64,000 nt of DNA from Bdellovibrionales bacterium (GTDB lineage: Bacteria > Bdellovibrionota > Bdellovibrionia > Bdellovibrionales > JAGQZY01), in the NCBI GenBank assembly GCA_964230645.1, contig CAXRHT010000002.1, forward strand, positions 1,408,001 through 1,472,000, given 5' to 3'. A model generated the notes under the pieces. That model was not told where the DNA came from, made no database searches, and worked only from the letters and a program-made list of their open reading frames with translations. The number at the start of each line of letters is the position of its first letter. Within the stretch, counting starts at the first letter, position 1. The translations under genes were made by a program, and so were the position numbers. Shown in pieces: positions 9,873-20,214 of this stretch.

Positions 9873-10082
9873 TTAAACGCGCTCGACTTCCGATCGACTT
9901 TTTAAAACTCTTTGCCCATCTTCTTGCTTGATGAGATAGGCCGGATCGTCTTGGCTGGCTTTTCTTTTTATAGTCTCACCATCGATTTGTTTTGAGATAT
10001 CGGAATGATAGACCTCTGCCACCTCTCCAGAAGCTTTACCTTCTCCCCATTTCCACTCAACTTTGGTTCCTTGTTTGATCAT
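9873..10082 (-). CDS. DUF2945 / Hva1 Tudor-like small protein
   Basis: GTKVEWKWGEG..G.V and KRKASQDDPAYLI..DG; GGAGG RBS. Confidence 0.85.
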   Translation of the reverse strand: MIKQGTKVEWKWGEGKASGEVAEVYHSDISKQIDGETIKRKASQDDPAYLIKQEDGQRVLKSRSEVERV

Positions 10083-10240
10083 CGCATTGCCTCCAGTTGA
10101 TAAAGTTAACGGAGGAGCATCGATAAAAAACTTAGATCTGGTAGAAAATATTTGTATTTTTATACAAATAACTATTTTTCATGGAAGTCTGTCAGTGGTT
10201 TGTCTAAAGTTGAAACCACGCTCAAATACAAAGGTTTCTG

Positions 10241-11461
10241 ATGTCTTCACTCAATATCATTATTTATCATTTCAATCGAGCCTGGGCTCAAGCCAGAAAC
10301 AATTATTGGGCGATCCCCGCTTTTTCTGCCCTGACCACCATTTTATTTTTTTGTCTCATTTTTTTCTTGGACTCGAACTTCAATAAAACGATCACCTCCC
10401 TTCTACCCTACACCTTTACAAGTGAAGACAGTATTCGCTCAGTTTTGACGACTGTAGGGACATCTTTGATGACTGTAACAGGAGTGATTTTTTCAATCAC
10501 TCTTCTCTGTGTTGTCCACGCCAGCTCCCAAATTGGCCCAAGACTCCTTTCGGGCTTTATGGAAAATCGCGCCAACCAATGGGCTATGGGAGTCTTTCTT
10601 GCGGCCTTCACTTATGCTGTTCTCGCTTTGTCCGTTATCAGTGTAAGAAAATCCCCTCCACAACTGACCTTCTATGTCGCTCTTTTACTTACGGGATTAA
10701 GTATTGCTACCTTAGTATTTTTTGTTCACAATGTCCCTCGCTCCATCCGGATGACCCATGTGGTGAGTCACATTGGAAATGTTTTAAGAAAGAATGTAAG
10801 GTCTTACTTTAATCAGTTCAACTCGGTCTTAGTTCTTAGCGAGGACTTGAACCTTGAACAAAAGAACAGGGAAATTCTAAAATCGAGTCGCCTGGGATAT
10901 GTTCAAAATATCGATTACGCGGAAATACTTGAAAGACTCGAAGAGAATCAGCTTAGGTTAGCGATTAAAGTAAGACCTGGTGATTTTATACACCGAAACC
11001 AACCTCTTGCTGAAGTTTACGGGGAAAAAGAAATCTCCAAAAAGGAAATCGACCACATTAGAAGGGAATTTGTAGTGGGTTCGGAACGCTCAACCAACCA
11101 GGATTTTGTATTTGGAGCTAACCTGTTGGTTGAAATCGCCATCAGAGCTCTCTCCCCTGGAGTGAATGATCCCTACACGGCTTGCGAATGTATCGATCAA
11201 CTTGAGGTTTCTCTTATTCGACTCAGCGAACTTTCGACTCCTCAGGACCTCATCCAAGACAACCAAGGTGTTATCCGTATTCAGCGACCGAAATTTGACT
11301 ATGATGATTTTGTGACAACTCTACTTGAGCCTCTGGTTTTCTACAGCGCCAAAGACCCTCTTGCAACGAGACGCCTTTCAGACTCCTTAGAGCTCCTAAA
11401 AAGTCAAACCGATCACTCAAGCACTTTCCAAAGTATTCAACAGAGCCTACACAAGAAATAG
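10241..11461 (+). CDS. DUF2254 predicted membrane protein
   Basis: ASSQIGPRLL, GYVQNID, RPGDFI, LVEIAIRALSPGVNDPYTA. Confidence 0.88.
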   Translation: MSSLNIIIYHFNRAWAQARNNYWAIPAFSALTTILFFCLIFFLDSNFNKTITSLLPYTFTSEDSIRSVLTTVGTSLMTVTGVIFSITLLCVVHASSQIGPRLLSGFMENRANQWAMGVFLAAFTYAVLALSVISVRKSPPQLTFYVALLLTGLSIATLVFFVHNVPRSIRMTHVVSHIGNVLRKNVRSYFNQFNSVLVLSEDLNLEQKNREILKSSRLGYVQNIDYAEILERLEENQLRLAIKVRPGDFIHRNQPLAEVYGEKEISKKEIDHIRREFVVGSERSTNQDFVFGANLLVEIAIRALSPGVNDPYTACECIDQLEVSLIRLSELSTPQDLIQDNQGVIRIQRPKFDYDDFVTTLLEPLVFYSAKDPLATRRLSDSLELLKSQTDHSSTFQSIQQSLHKK

Positions 11462-11482
11462 AAATGTGCCGGGCCCCTTTTC

Positions 11483-12265
11483 TTATGAGGCTTTGGGATT
11501 GTCGGTGTTGTCGATTGTGGCTTGGAGTTTGGCTCTTAGGCGAGCTATGGCGTGGGCATGAAGTTGCGACACCCTTGACTCTGTAACCCTCAATACACGA
11601 CCAATTTCTTTTAGGTTTAGGTCTTCGTAGTAATAAAGAGACAGAACGAGTCTTTGTCTTTCCGGGAGTTCTTCGATGGCTCCTGTTACCACGTCCTTCA
11701 CGAACTTCACGTTTAATTGATTGTGAGGATTGTTGAGTTTACAACCATCAAGAATACTCAAAATAGATTTTTTATCGACACTACTAAACGTTGGTGACTC
11801 ATCAATAGATAGGACACTTACCGGTTTTACCTGATTCATCAGGTCATAGAGATCCTCTAAAGACATTTCAAGACGATCGGCAATCTCTTGATCTTCTGGA
11901 GACCTGCCTAATTCGGCTTCGAGTTTTACAATGGTTCGGTCCAAAAGCTTAGATTTATCTCTGACCGAACGAGGCACCCAGTCCTGGGAACGTAATTCAT
12001 CGAGGATCGCTCCTCGTATTCTGAACTCCGCATAAGTCTTAAACTTATTGTCTCGATTTGGATCGTACTTATCAAGAGCATCCATTAATCCAATCACTCC
12101 ACTTGAGATAAGATCATCAAGTTCAATATTGGAAGGAAGTCTCATTGCAATCTTTTGGGCAATGAACTTGATCAATGGAGCGTACTCCATGATTAACTTA
12201 TCCTTCTGCTCTGCTGACAGAGCGTTCGGTGCTTCTTTGTACTTTTTTAACAGTGCATTTGACAT
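11483..12265 (-). CDS. fliA: Flagellar sigma factor sigma-28
   Basis: LPSNIELDDLIS, RIRGAILDELR.QDW, VTESRVSQLH. Confidence 0.95.
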   Translation of the reverse strand: MSNALLKKYKEAPNALSAEQKDKLIMEYAPLIKFIAQKIAMRLPSNIELDDLISSGVIGLMDALDKYDPNRDNKFKTYAEFRIRGAILDELRSQDWVPRSVRDKSKLLDRTIVKLEAELGRSPEDQEIADRLEMSLEDLYDLMNQVKPVSVLSIDESPTFSSVDKKSILSILDGCKLNNPHNQLNVKFVKDVVTGAIEELPERQRLVLSLYYYEDLNLKEIGRVLRVTESRVSQLHAHAIARLRAKLQATIDNTDNPKAS

Positions 12266-12326
12266 AACGTTTCGATCCCTTAACTAAAATAATAACAAAA
12301 AGCTGTATAACTCAAAAGTCCATATC

Positions 12327-13157
12327 TTAAGCGGCCCCAAGAAGTTGGTTCCAGAAAAACTGTAAACTTCCATTTATTTCGCCTACTTCCTGCTCTCCAA
12401 CCACTTGATCTGCCACTCTTTTCAAGGCGATGGACGAGGCAGCACTTGGTCTTGCTTTGCAGATTAATTTAGGGTCACCGACCTGTCTCAATTTGGGATC
12501 AAGTGGGATATAACCTAAATAACTAAGATTAATATTCAAGAATCTCCCAGTGACTTTATTGATTCTTGTATAAATATCTTTGGCCTCTTTCTCACCAAGT
12601 ACCTTATTGGCGACCATGGAAAATCTCGAAACTTTTTTATTAAGATGCAAGACTTTCATCAATGCATAAGCATCGGCCATACTGGCCGGCTCAGGCGTTA
12701 CGACAACCAATACGTCTTGAACGGAGCTATTGAGGTATTGAACGTTGTCATCGATTCCTGAGGCCGTATCAACGAGCAAATAATCATAAGTGTTATTGAG
12801 CATGGAAACTTCATCCATAAGCATTTTTCTTTTGTAAACATCAATAGACTTTAAATCTGTTAAGCCACTTGAGCTTGGAATGACATGTATGTTTTTATGA
12901 GCTTTTACAATAATATTCTCAAGAGATTCCCCGTGGCTGAAAAAATCCTCAAGAGTTTTCTGGGGCCGAATTCCTAGAAAAATATCTATGTTCGCCAACC
13001 CGATATCTCCATCAAGAATCAAAACCTTTTTACCCATCTCTGCTAGCGTATATGCCAAGTTTACAGTCAAAGTGGTTTTTCCAACTCCACCCTTGCCGGA
13101 AGAAATACTAAGAGTTCTCGTTTGGATTTTGTTACTGTAGTTATATTCTGCTGTCAT
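12327..13157 (-). CDS. flhG: Flagellar number regulator, MinD-like ATPase
   Basis: SGKGGVGKT, DGDIGLAN, TPEPASMADAY; follows flhF. Confidence 0.9.
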   Translation of the reverse strand: MTAEYNYSNKIQTRTLSISSGKGGVGKTTLTVNLAYTLAEMGKKVLILDGDIGLANIDIFLGIRPQKTLEDFFSHGESLENIIVKAHKNIHVIPSSSGLTDLKSIDVYKRKMLMDEVSMLNNTYDYLLVDTASGIDDNVQYLNSSVQDVLVVVTPEPASMADAYALMKVLHLNKKVSRFSMVANKVLGEKEAKDIYTRINKVTGRFLNINLSYLGYIPLDPKLRQVGDPKLICKARPSAASSIALKRVADQVVGEQEVGEINGSLQFFWNQLLGAA

Positions 13158-14496
13158 TGCCTCTATCTCCGTTCTTTTGGGTCAACTTAAAAACTAAATC
13201 TAAAACTCTTTCACGACTGGCGGGTTCGAACCCGTCCACTATATCTGATCCGATTCCAAAACTATGGAAAGGAACTGACGACTTATCTTGAATATTCAAT
13301 AGGATCCCATGCTGCGATGTTTGATCAATGTTTGAAACAATGATGTCGTCAAAATCGGCCACTCGGAAGCGCTTCAAGACACCGCCTAGGTCGTTTTCTT
13401 TGGTGAGCGCTGAGATCACAAGATGGGTGCGATGACTCACCTCTATATCCGCATTAGCAATCGCTCTCATAAAATCGAGCTCATTAATATTACTCAAAGA
13501 AATTCCGGGAGTGTCCACAAGGATTTTATCGTAGCCTTGTAACGAGTTTATTTTTTGTGACATCTCTTTGTAGTCCGCCAATACAAAAACAGGGACATTG
13601 AGAATGCGCGAGTATACGCGAAGCTGCTCAACCGCTCCCACCTTATTTAAGTCGGTGGAGACAAGGGCTACTCGTTGATTCTCTTGAACAACAAGATGAG
13701 TGGCCATTTTAACTAAAGCTGAGGTTTTCCCAGAACCGTGAGGTCCTACGAAAAATTCAACAGTGGCGGATTCATTGGAAATGCTCGTGCTGTTTAAAAT
13801 CTTTTTGGCATACCAAGAGTCGACAAGACTTTTCTTTTGTTGACCAGAACCAATTTCCCTCTGGCAGTCTTGGGCCCAGCGACGAGCCAATTCGGACTCA
13901 ACCCCTACCCTTTTTAGACGTTTAATCATGTCATCAAGAGCTGAGGCTGGCTGAACACTTTTCTGTTTAACGGCCTCCAAAATTTCATCGGGCAAAAGTT
14001 CTTCTTTTTGCTTTTTCTTTTCTTGAAAGAATTGACTCTGTAAACTTGATTGAAAAGCATCTCTGGCGGCTTGCTTCACACGTGTAACATTACTTTCGCG
14101 GCTCACCTCTTGAGCAGGAGTAGGAGGCATAGGAGGAAGCTCTTCGGCTCTCTGGGAATCATCGATGTCAATATAGGGAGTCGATGTGATTCTGCGGTTG
14201 CGCTCATTGTACTTCTTCTCGGCACCCTGATACACGTTTTCGATAAACATGCGTTGACGATTGGCCGACTGGCTCATCACTTTCGATTCAAAAACTTTCC
14301 CTAGTTGCTGGGCTGCCAATTCTTTTTTCTTAAGTTGGCTTTCTGAAACGGCGGCCACAACAATAAACTTTTTGGCACCGGAGACAGATCTTTTGGCCTC
14401 TTGGGTGGAAAGGATAATAGCATCTGGTCCCAGATCACTTTTCACCTCTTTTAGAGCTTCGATAATACTTGAAGCTTCGTACTTCTTAACCTGCAT
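13141..14496 (-). CDS. flhF: Flagellar SRP-type GTPase FlhF (divergent motifs)
   Basis: N-terminal VK..LGPDAIILS, GPHGSGKT, GAVEQL, DTPG; lies between flhA and flhG. Confidence 0.88.
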   Translation of the reverse strand: MQVKKYEASSIIEALKEVKSDLGPDAIILSTQEAKRSVSGAKKFIVVAAVSESQLKKKELAAQQLGKVFESKVMSQSANRQRMFIENVYQGAEKKYNERNRRITSTPYIDIDDSQRAEELPPMPPTPAQEVSRESNVTRVKQAARDAFQSSLQSQFFQEKKKQKEELLPDEILEAVKQKSVQPASALDDMIKRLKRVGVESELARRWAQDCQREIGSGQQKKSLVDSWYAKKILNSTSISNESATVEFFVGPHGSGKTSALVKMATHLVVQENQRVALVSTDLNKVGAVEQLRVYSRILNVPVFVLADYKEMSQKINSLQGYDKILVDTPGISLSNINELDFMRAIANADIEVSHRTHLVISALTKENDLGGVLKRFRVADFDDIIVSNIDQTSQHGILLNIQDKSSVPFHSFGIGSDIVDGFEPASRERVLDLVFKLTQKNGDRGNDSRI

Positions 14497-16582
14497 GGAT
14501 ATCCTCCACCGTTCCTACTGTATTAATTGATACATCCGTATTGAGCTCTCCGTGGGACAGAACAACCAGTTGCGGGATAAAACGATTCACGAGTTTAAAT
14601 ATATGACGACGGCTCATTGGGCTTGTCAGGAGAATCGGCTGCCCGGCCACCTCAGGATGAGACTCAATTTTTTCAGCAATCGAGTTGACGAGCCCGTGCC
14701 CATAGGTGGGATCAAGAGCCAACTGAACACCCTGTTCCGTTTGCAAAAGAGATTGATTAATAATGTCCTCAACCTGTGGTCCAAGATTAATCACGTGAAG
14801 ATTGTCTTGGTCATCTTTGAGTTTATTGGTAATGGACCGACTTAGAGCTCTTCTCACAGACTCAGTGAGAACATCCGCGTCTTTAGTGTTGGCACCCTCA
14901 TCAGCAAGAGTTTCAAATATGGTGAGAAGATCTCGAATCGAAACTTGCTCTCGTAGAAGATTTTGCAAAACCTTAACAACCTGTCCAAGAGAAAGGGTTT
15001 CGGGAATAAGATCTTCGACAACCTTGGGATAGTTTTTCTTAAAGTTATCAACCAACTTGCTGGCTTCTTGGCGTCCGAACAACTCATAAGCGTGCTGCCT
15101 TAAGACCTCAGTAATATGTGTGGCCACAACTGTTGGAATATCGACCACTGTGTATCCTGCCACTTCAGCGTCTTCCTTTTGACTTTTAGAAATCCACAGA
15201 GCATCCAGTCCGAAAGCGGGCTCTTTGGTGGCAATCCCTTCAATTTTCTGAGAGGTATTCCCTGGATCCATCGCCAGAAGACAATCGGTTTTTAGCTCTC
15301 CACCCGCGATTTTGTTTCCTTTAAGTAAGATACGGTACTCACCAGGTTTTAACTGTAGATTGTCGCGGATATGAACCGAAGGAATAACGATTCCTAAATC
15401 AAGAGCGAACTGTTTTCTGATACTTACGATTCTCTCCAGCAGATCACCGCTTTCATCAGATTCTACGGCATTGATAAGGCCGTAACCGATTTCAAGCTCT
15501 ACCATATCCAAAGGCAATAGATTTTCGATATTTTCTTTTTTAGGCTTCTGAGCTTCTTCCTGCTTGGCTTTTTCTTTATTGTCTTTTTCTTCTTGTTGAT
15601 ATTTGGTGATCACCCAGGCGATTCCACCTAAAAATAGAGCAATTAATGTAAAAGGCAAAGTCGGAAGACCGGGCACAAGACCTAAGGCAAAAACAGAAGC
15701 CGCTGAAACTCCAACTGCACGGGAATTAAAGAGAAGCTGGCTTGCAACCTCAGCTCCAATATTTCCTTTGGAGTGATTTCTTGTCACAACAATACCAGCG
15801 GCTGTTGAAATAATAAGGGCTGGAATTTGACTGACAAGACCATCACCAATGGTCAAACGAGTGTAGGCTTCGGCGGCCTCAGCAGCACCAAGATTCATTT
15901 GAATCACACCAATTGCCAAGCCACCAATAATATTAATAGCCATAATAATAATTCCAGCAATAGCGTCACCACGAACAAATTTGCTGGCACCATCCATGGC
16001 TCCGTAGAAATCGGCTTCCGCTTCAATTTCTTTACGTCTTTTACGAGCTTGTTCTTCATTGATCAGACCGGCATTTAAGTCGGCATCAATTGACATCTGT
16101 TTACCGGGTAAGGCGTCCAAGGTGAAACGCGCGGCCACCTCAGCAATACGACCAGAACCTTTGGTAATAACGATAAAGTTGATAACCACTAGAATAATAA
16201 AGACAATAAAACCAATAGCGTAGTTATCACCCACCACAAATTGTCCAAAAGCTGTAATAACGTCCCCTGCAGCCCCTTGACCCTCATGTCCTTCTGATAA
16301 GATAAGACGAGTAGAGGCCACGTTTAAAGAAAGCCTGAACAGTGTGGTAATTAGCAGTAAAGAGGGAAAAACTGAGAATTCTAGCGGGCTGTTAATATAA
16401 AGAGCCACTAAAAGAATGAGTAAACTAATGGTTAGGGATCCAGTCAGTGCTAAATCCAGCATTATTGGAGGAAGAGGAATGATCATCACAGAAAGAATGA
16501 TCATCAGTCCAATAGCCATCATCAAATCAGTGTTGCTGGTGTATTTTTCAAATTTTTTCAAATATTGAAACAAATCATCCAT
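14486..16582 (-). CDS. flhA: Flagellar export gate protein FlhA
   Basis: RIAEVAARFTLDALPGKQMSIDADL, FYGAMDGASKFVRGD. Confidence 0.97.
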   Translation of the reverse strand: MDDLFQYLKKFEKYTSNTDLMMAIGLMIILSVMIIPLPPIMLDLALTGSLTISLLILLVALYINSPLEFSVFPSLLLITTLFRLSLNVASTRLILSEGHEGQGAAGDVITAFGQFVVGDNYAIGFIVFIILVVINFIVITKGSGRIAEVAARFTLDALPGKQMSIDADLNAGLINEEQARKRRKEIEAEADFYGAMDGASKFVRGDAIAGIIIMAINIIGGLAIGVIQMNLGAAEAAEAYTRLTIGDGLVSQIPALIISTAAGIVVTRNHSKGNIGAEVASQLLFNSRAVGVSAASVFALGLVPGLPTLPFTLIALFLGGIAWVITKYQQEEKDNKEKAKQEEAQKPKKENIENLLPLDMVELEIGYGLINAVESDESGDLLERIVSIRKQFALDLGIVIPSVHIRDNLQLKPGEYRILLKGNKIAGGELKTDCLLAMDPGNTSQKIEGIATKEPAFGLDALWISKSQKEDAEVAGYTVVDIPTVVATHITEVLRQHAYELFGRQEASKLVDNFKKNYPKVVEDLIPETLSLGQVVKVLQNLLREQVSIRDLLTIFETLADEGANTKDADVLTESVRRALSRSITNKLKDDQDNLHVINLGPQVEDIINQSLLQTEQGVQLALDPTYGHGLVNSIAEKIESHPEVAGQPILLTSPMSRRHIFKLVNRFIPQLVVLSHGELNTDVSINTVGTVEDIHAG

Positions 16583-17655
16583 TAGCTTCTCTTCTTCCGT
16601 TTGAGTTTAAATACATAAGCAAGGACTTCGGCCACGGCCTCAAAGAGTTCACGAGGTATCTGTTGTCCAATTTCAAGAGTCTTAAAAATTGTTCGAGCCA
16701 AAGGCTTATTTTCCACAATGGGAATATCGTTGGCGGTGGCAAGTTCCCTAATTTTCATGGCCACTTGATCCGCCCCTTTCGCCAATATTATAGGAGCTGC
16801 AAATTTTTCTGGCTGATATTGAATGGCAATAGCTAAGTGAGTTGGGTTGGTGATGATCACATCAGCCTTGGGCACATCATTCATCATGCGTTTATTGGCC
16901 ATCTCTTTTTGAATCTTGCGGATTCTGGCTTTGATCATTGGGTCCCCTTCACGGGACTTTACTTCTTCTTTGACCTCTTGCTTGGTCATTTTCATTTGTT
17001 TTTCTAAATCAAAACGTTGAAACATATAATCAAGTCCTGCCAGGACTGTCATCACCGCACCAATAGAGAGCATCGTTTTAACAACAAGTGTTCCAACATA
17101 ATCAAAAATCTGCATCCCTTCAGAATAAATAAGTTTAGGAATCACTTCGACTTCACTTCTAAGAACGATGTAAATAATTGATCCCACCAGGCAAAACTTA
17201 AGGACCGCCTTCAAGCCTTCCACTAGAGCTTTCATGCTAAACATGCGCTTAAGACCCTCAATGGGATTGATTTTTTTAGCATTCGGCTTAAGGGTTTCAT
17301 TGGTGAACAAAAATCCAATCTGAACCACTGTCGAAGCAAATCCAAGACAAAAGAGAATGATATAAACAGGTATCGTTAGAAAGAAAATTTTCTTAAAAGT
17401 GTAGGCAAGAGCAGGCATGATATCGCCCGAGGCGATTGTGGCAAGCATCTGGGTTCTATAAAGGTCATTATAGATTTGAAAGAACTGCTCAACAAACAGT
17501 CGACCCATAAAATAAATCAACAGAGAAAAACCAAATAGAGCCAGTGCTGAAGACAGCTCCTTAGTTTGTGCCACCTGTCCCTGCTTGCGGAACTCCTCCC
17601 GCCTCTGGGGGGTGGCTTCTTCTGTTTTTTCCTGATCGGATTCCTGACCGGCCAT
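16582..17655 (-). CDS. flhB: Flagellar export switch protein FlhB
   Basis: EKTEEATP, EGDP, NPTH autocleavage motif. Confidence 0.97.
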   Translation of the reverse strand: MAGQESDQEKTEEATPQRREEFRKQGQVAQTKELSSALALFGFSLLIYFMGRLFVEQFFQIYNDLYRTQMLATIASGDIMPALAYTFKKIFFLTIPVYIILFCLGFASTVVQIGFLFTNETLKPNAKKINPIEGLKRMFSMKALVEGLKAVLKFCLVGSIIYIVLRSEVEVIPKLIYSEGMQIFDYVGTLVVKTMLSIGAVMTVLAGLDYMFQRFDLEKQMKMTKQEVKEEVKSREGDPMIKARIRKIQKEMANKRMMNDVPKADVIITNPTHLAIAIQYQPEKFAAPIILAKGADQVAMKIRELATANDIPIVENKPLARTIFKTLEIGQQIPRELFEAVAEVLAYVFKLKRKKRS

Positions 17656-17668
17656 CTAATCAACCACC

Positions 17669-18445
17669 TTAAAAGACCCTGAGATACCCAAAAAGGATCT
17701 CAGAAAATTCAACAATTTCCGTCTTGAGGGCATCCACAAAAAACGGCAGCACAACAATTAAAACACTCAAGCCCAAGAGGGCGTTAACAGGTAAACTCGT
17801 AATTAAAACGTTAATTTGAGGGACAGCTCGCCCCATAATTCCCAGCGAGAAATTCACCAACAAAATGGAAACTAAAATCGGGGCTGAGAGTAATAAGGCC
17901 ACCTCTAAAATCCTTTGTCCCAGAAGAGTGAACTCTCCAAGCGAGCTCAAGCGGGGCAAAAGAACATTCAAGGGCACTAGTTCGAAGCTCTCAGTCAACC
18001 CCATTAGAAAATAGTGATGCCCTCTGATGCCTAGAAAAAGGAACGCGGCTAAAAAATAGTAGAGCTGGTTCACAGAGGACTGTTGCATATTTAAGGTTGG
18101 GTTAAAGATTTGTGCTGATGAAAGCCCCATCGCCATACTGATCAACTCTCCGGCAATGGCGACAGTATGAAAAATGAGGGTTGTTAAGAATCCCATGGAA
18201 AAACCAAGGGCCAATTCTTTCACTCCCAGTCCAATAATTGTCTGGTACTGAACGACGCGCGGATAAGACTGCGGCTCAATAAGAGTGAAGCAAATGAAGG
18301 CCATCAACAAAGACAGAAGGGCTTTGAGGGGAGCCGGTACATTGCTTCCTGAAAATAGTGGCCAAGACAAAAAGAAGCCAAGGCACCGGAAGAAAACCAG
18401 CACAAAGGCAATTATTTCGAATTGGTCAATATTCAATAAGTTCAT
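17669..18445 (-). CDS. fliR: Flagellar export protein FliR
   Basis: Hydrophobic; AGELIS..MGL, GRAVPQINV; operon position. Confidence 0.93.
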   Translation of the reverse strand: MNLLNIDQFEIIAFVLVFFRCLGFFLSWPLFSGSNVPAPLKALLSLLMAFICFTLIEPQSYPRVVQYQTIIGLGVKELALGFSMGFLTTLIFHTVAIAGELISMAMGLSSAQIFNPTLNMQQSSVNQLYYFLAAFLFLGIRGHHYFLMGLTESFELVPLNVLLPRLSSLGEFTLLGQRILEVALLLSAPILVSILLVNFSLGIMGRAVPQINVLITSLPVNALLGLSVLIVVLPFFVDALKTEIVEFSEILFGYLRVF

Positions 18446-18718
18446 CTATTCTCTCACGTAAGTGTGTACATTTTCGTAAAGTTCAATTGTGTAAGACTTC
18501 ATCACATCAATCATCCACGGACCCGCCAAAACAATCACTAGGGCCACAATCAGCATTTTAGGAATAAATGTTAGAGTGGCTTCATTGATCTGAGTGATCG
18601 CCTGAAAGACCGAAACTATAAGTCCTGTCACTAGAGCCCCTATTAGAAGAGGGGAAGCCAGTAGAGCTGTTGTTTTTAATGCGTTGCCACCGAGGGCAAT
18701 AACTAAATCTTCATTCAT
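18446..18718 (-). CDS. fliQ: Flagellar export protein FliQ
   Basis: FQAITQINEATLTFIPK, GPWM. Confidence 0.96.
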   Translation of the reverse strand: MNEDLVIALGGNALKTTALLASPLLIGALVTGLIVSVFQAITQINEATLTFIPKMLIVALVIVLAGPWMIDVMKSYTIELYENVHTYVRE

Positions 18719-18721
18719 ATA

Positions 18722-19513
18722 TCACCCGAAACTTTTCACCATGGAACCCACGATTAGACTCCAACCATCAACGATTACAAAAAGCATAATTTTAAAAGGA
18801 AGTGAGATCACAACCGGTGGAAGCATCATCATCCCCATGGCCATTAGAACACTGGCAATCACCATATCGATAATTAGAAATGGTAAATAAATAATAAATC
18901 CAATTTGGAAGGCCGTTTTTAGTTCTGAAATGACAAAGGCTGGAATTAAAACCATGGTTTCTACGTCCGCTCTTGTTTGGGCCGACTCTTGTCTTGCAAG
19001 ATTGAGAAAAAGTCTCAAGTCTTCCGGACGTGTTTGTTTAAACATAAATTTTCTAAGTGGCAGCAGTCCTGCCTCTAAAGCTCTCTCTTGCTTTAACTCG
19101 CCATCAAGAAAGGGTTTCAGAGCCTCTGAGTTGATCTCGTTAAAGGCCGGTCGCATGATGAAAAATGTAAGGAAGAGAGAGAGTCCCACCAAAAGTTGAT
19201 TGGGTGGCATTTGCTGAGTTCCCAAAGCCTGTCTTAAAAAAGAGAAAATCACAATGATTCTGGTAAAACAGGTCATCAGAATCAAAATGGCGGGAGCCAA
19301 AGTTAGAACTGTGAGCATTAAAACAATTTTAATGCTATCGACAATTTCTTGGGGATTGTCTGTGCTCTTTAACCCCATTGATATATTCGGTACGGTCACC
19401 TGAGCCAAAGAGACTTCAGAAACAAGAAGTATCAACGAAACCAAGCCAAAATATAACAGCATCGATTTTGATTTCAGTGAATTTAAAATAGGAATCCCCT
19501 TAGCTACTACCAT
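18722..19513 (-). CDS. fliP: Flagellar export protein FliP
   Basis: LRQALGTQQMPPNQ, SELKTAFQIG, MGMMMLPP. Confidence 0.97.
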   Translation of the reverse strand: MVVAKGIPILNSLKSKSMLLYFGLVSLILLVSEVSLAQVTVPNISMGLKSTDNPQEIVDSIKIVLMLTVLTLAPAILILMTCFTRIIVIFSFLRQALGTQQMPPNQLLVGLSLFLTFFIMRPAFNEINSEALKPFLDGELKQERALEAGLLPLRKFMFKQTRPEDLRLFLNLARQESAQTRADVETMVLIPAFVISELKTAFQIGFIIYLPFLIIDMVIASVLMAMGMMMLPPVVISLPFKIMLFVIVDGWSLIVGSMVKSFG

Positions 19514-20205
19514 TAGACCCGGAACCTTTCCGTGACCGCTTTTTTAACGTCATCCAATCGAGACACCGAGAAACCATCCACTTCTTCTTTTGTGGGCTGG
19601 GGATCAATCGGCTCCTGGGAGGTTGCGATTTTATTTTGAAGTGATTTGGAGAATTGCGGCTCGGTATATTCCGGCAATTCATCCTCAATCAATGAAAGTG
19701 TTTTGATATGATTGATATTGTGATCTGTTACACCAAGAAGAATGGTTTCACCGGCCACTCTGATAAGCATCAGACTTTTCTTTTGCCCGAGGGGCTTTTG
19801 CGTAAGCACGGTAATATTTTTTGCAATCTGAGAGTACCCCTTTTTCTTACCCATTCTTTGTAAAAGTGTGTAAGAGCCAGCCATCATAATTAAAAGGACA
19901 AAAATCGCCAAAACCATTTTGTTCAGCGAAGCCATTTCTGGAGCCTTTTTCTCATCTTCTAGACTACTGGTTAAAGGAATCTCCTCTTCGGGTAACGCCG
20001 TGGTCGACGCTGTCGCCTCTTCCGCTTTTTCTGGAAGAAGTTTATCTTCAGAATCATCAGTCACCTTTTTGTTTATTTTTTTAAAATAATCTGAGAGCTT
20101 TGAGTCCTTGTCTACATCAACAAGCTTACTTTCCGCACCCCAGGCTTGGACTGCAAAAAAACTTAAAAACAATACACTCAATGTCCTTAAAATGACTGAC
20201 TTCAT
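19513..20205 (-). CDS. fliO: Flagellar export chaperone FliO
   Basis: TM helix followed by LGQKKSLMLIRV...LLGVT; lies between fliN and fliP. Confidence 0.85.
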   Translation of the reverse strand: MKSVILRTLSVLFLSFFAVQAWGAESKLVDVDKDSKLSDYFKKINKKVTDDSEDKLLPEKAEEATASTTALPEEEIPLTSSLEDEKKAPEMASLNKMVLAIFVLLIMMAGSYTLLQRMGKKKGYSQIAKNITVLTQKPLGQKKSLMLIRVAGETILLGVTDHNINHIKTLSLIEDELPEYTEPQFSKSLQNKIATSQEPIDPQPTKEEVDGFSVSRLDDVKKAVTERFRV

Positions 20206-20214
20206 AAAAATCCC

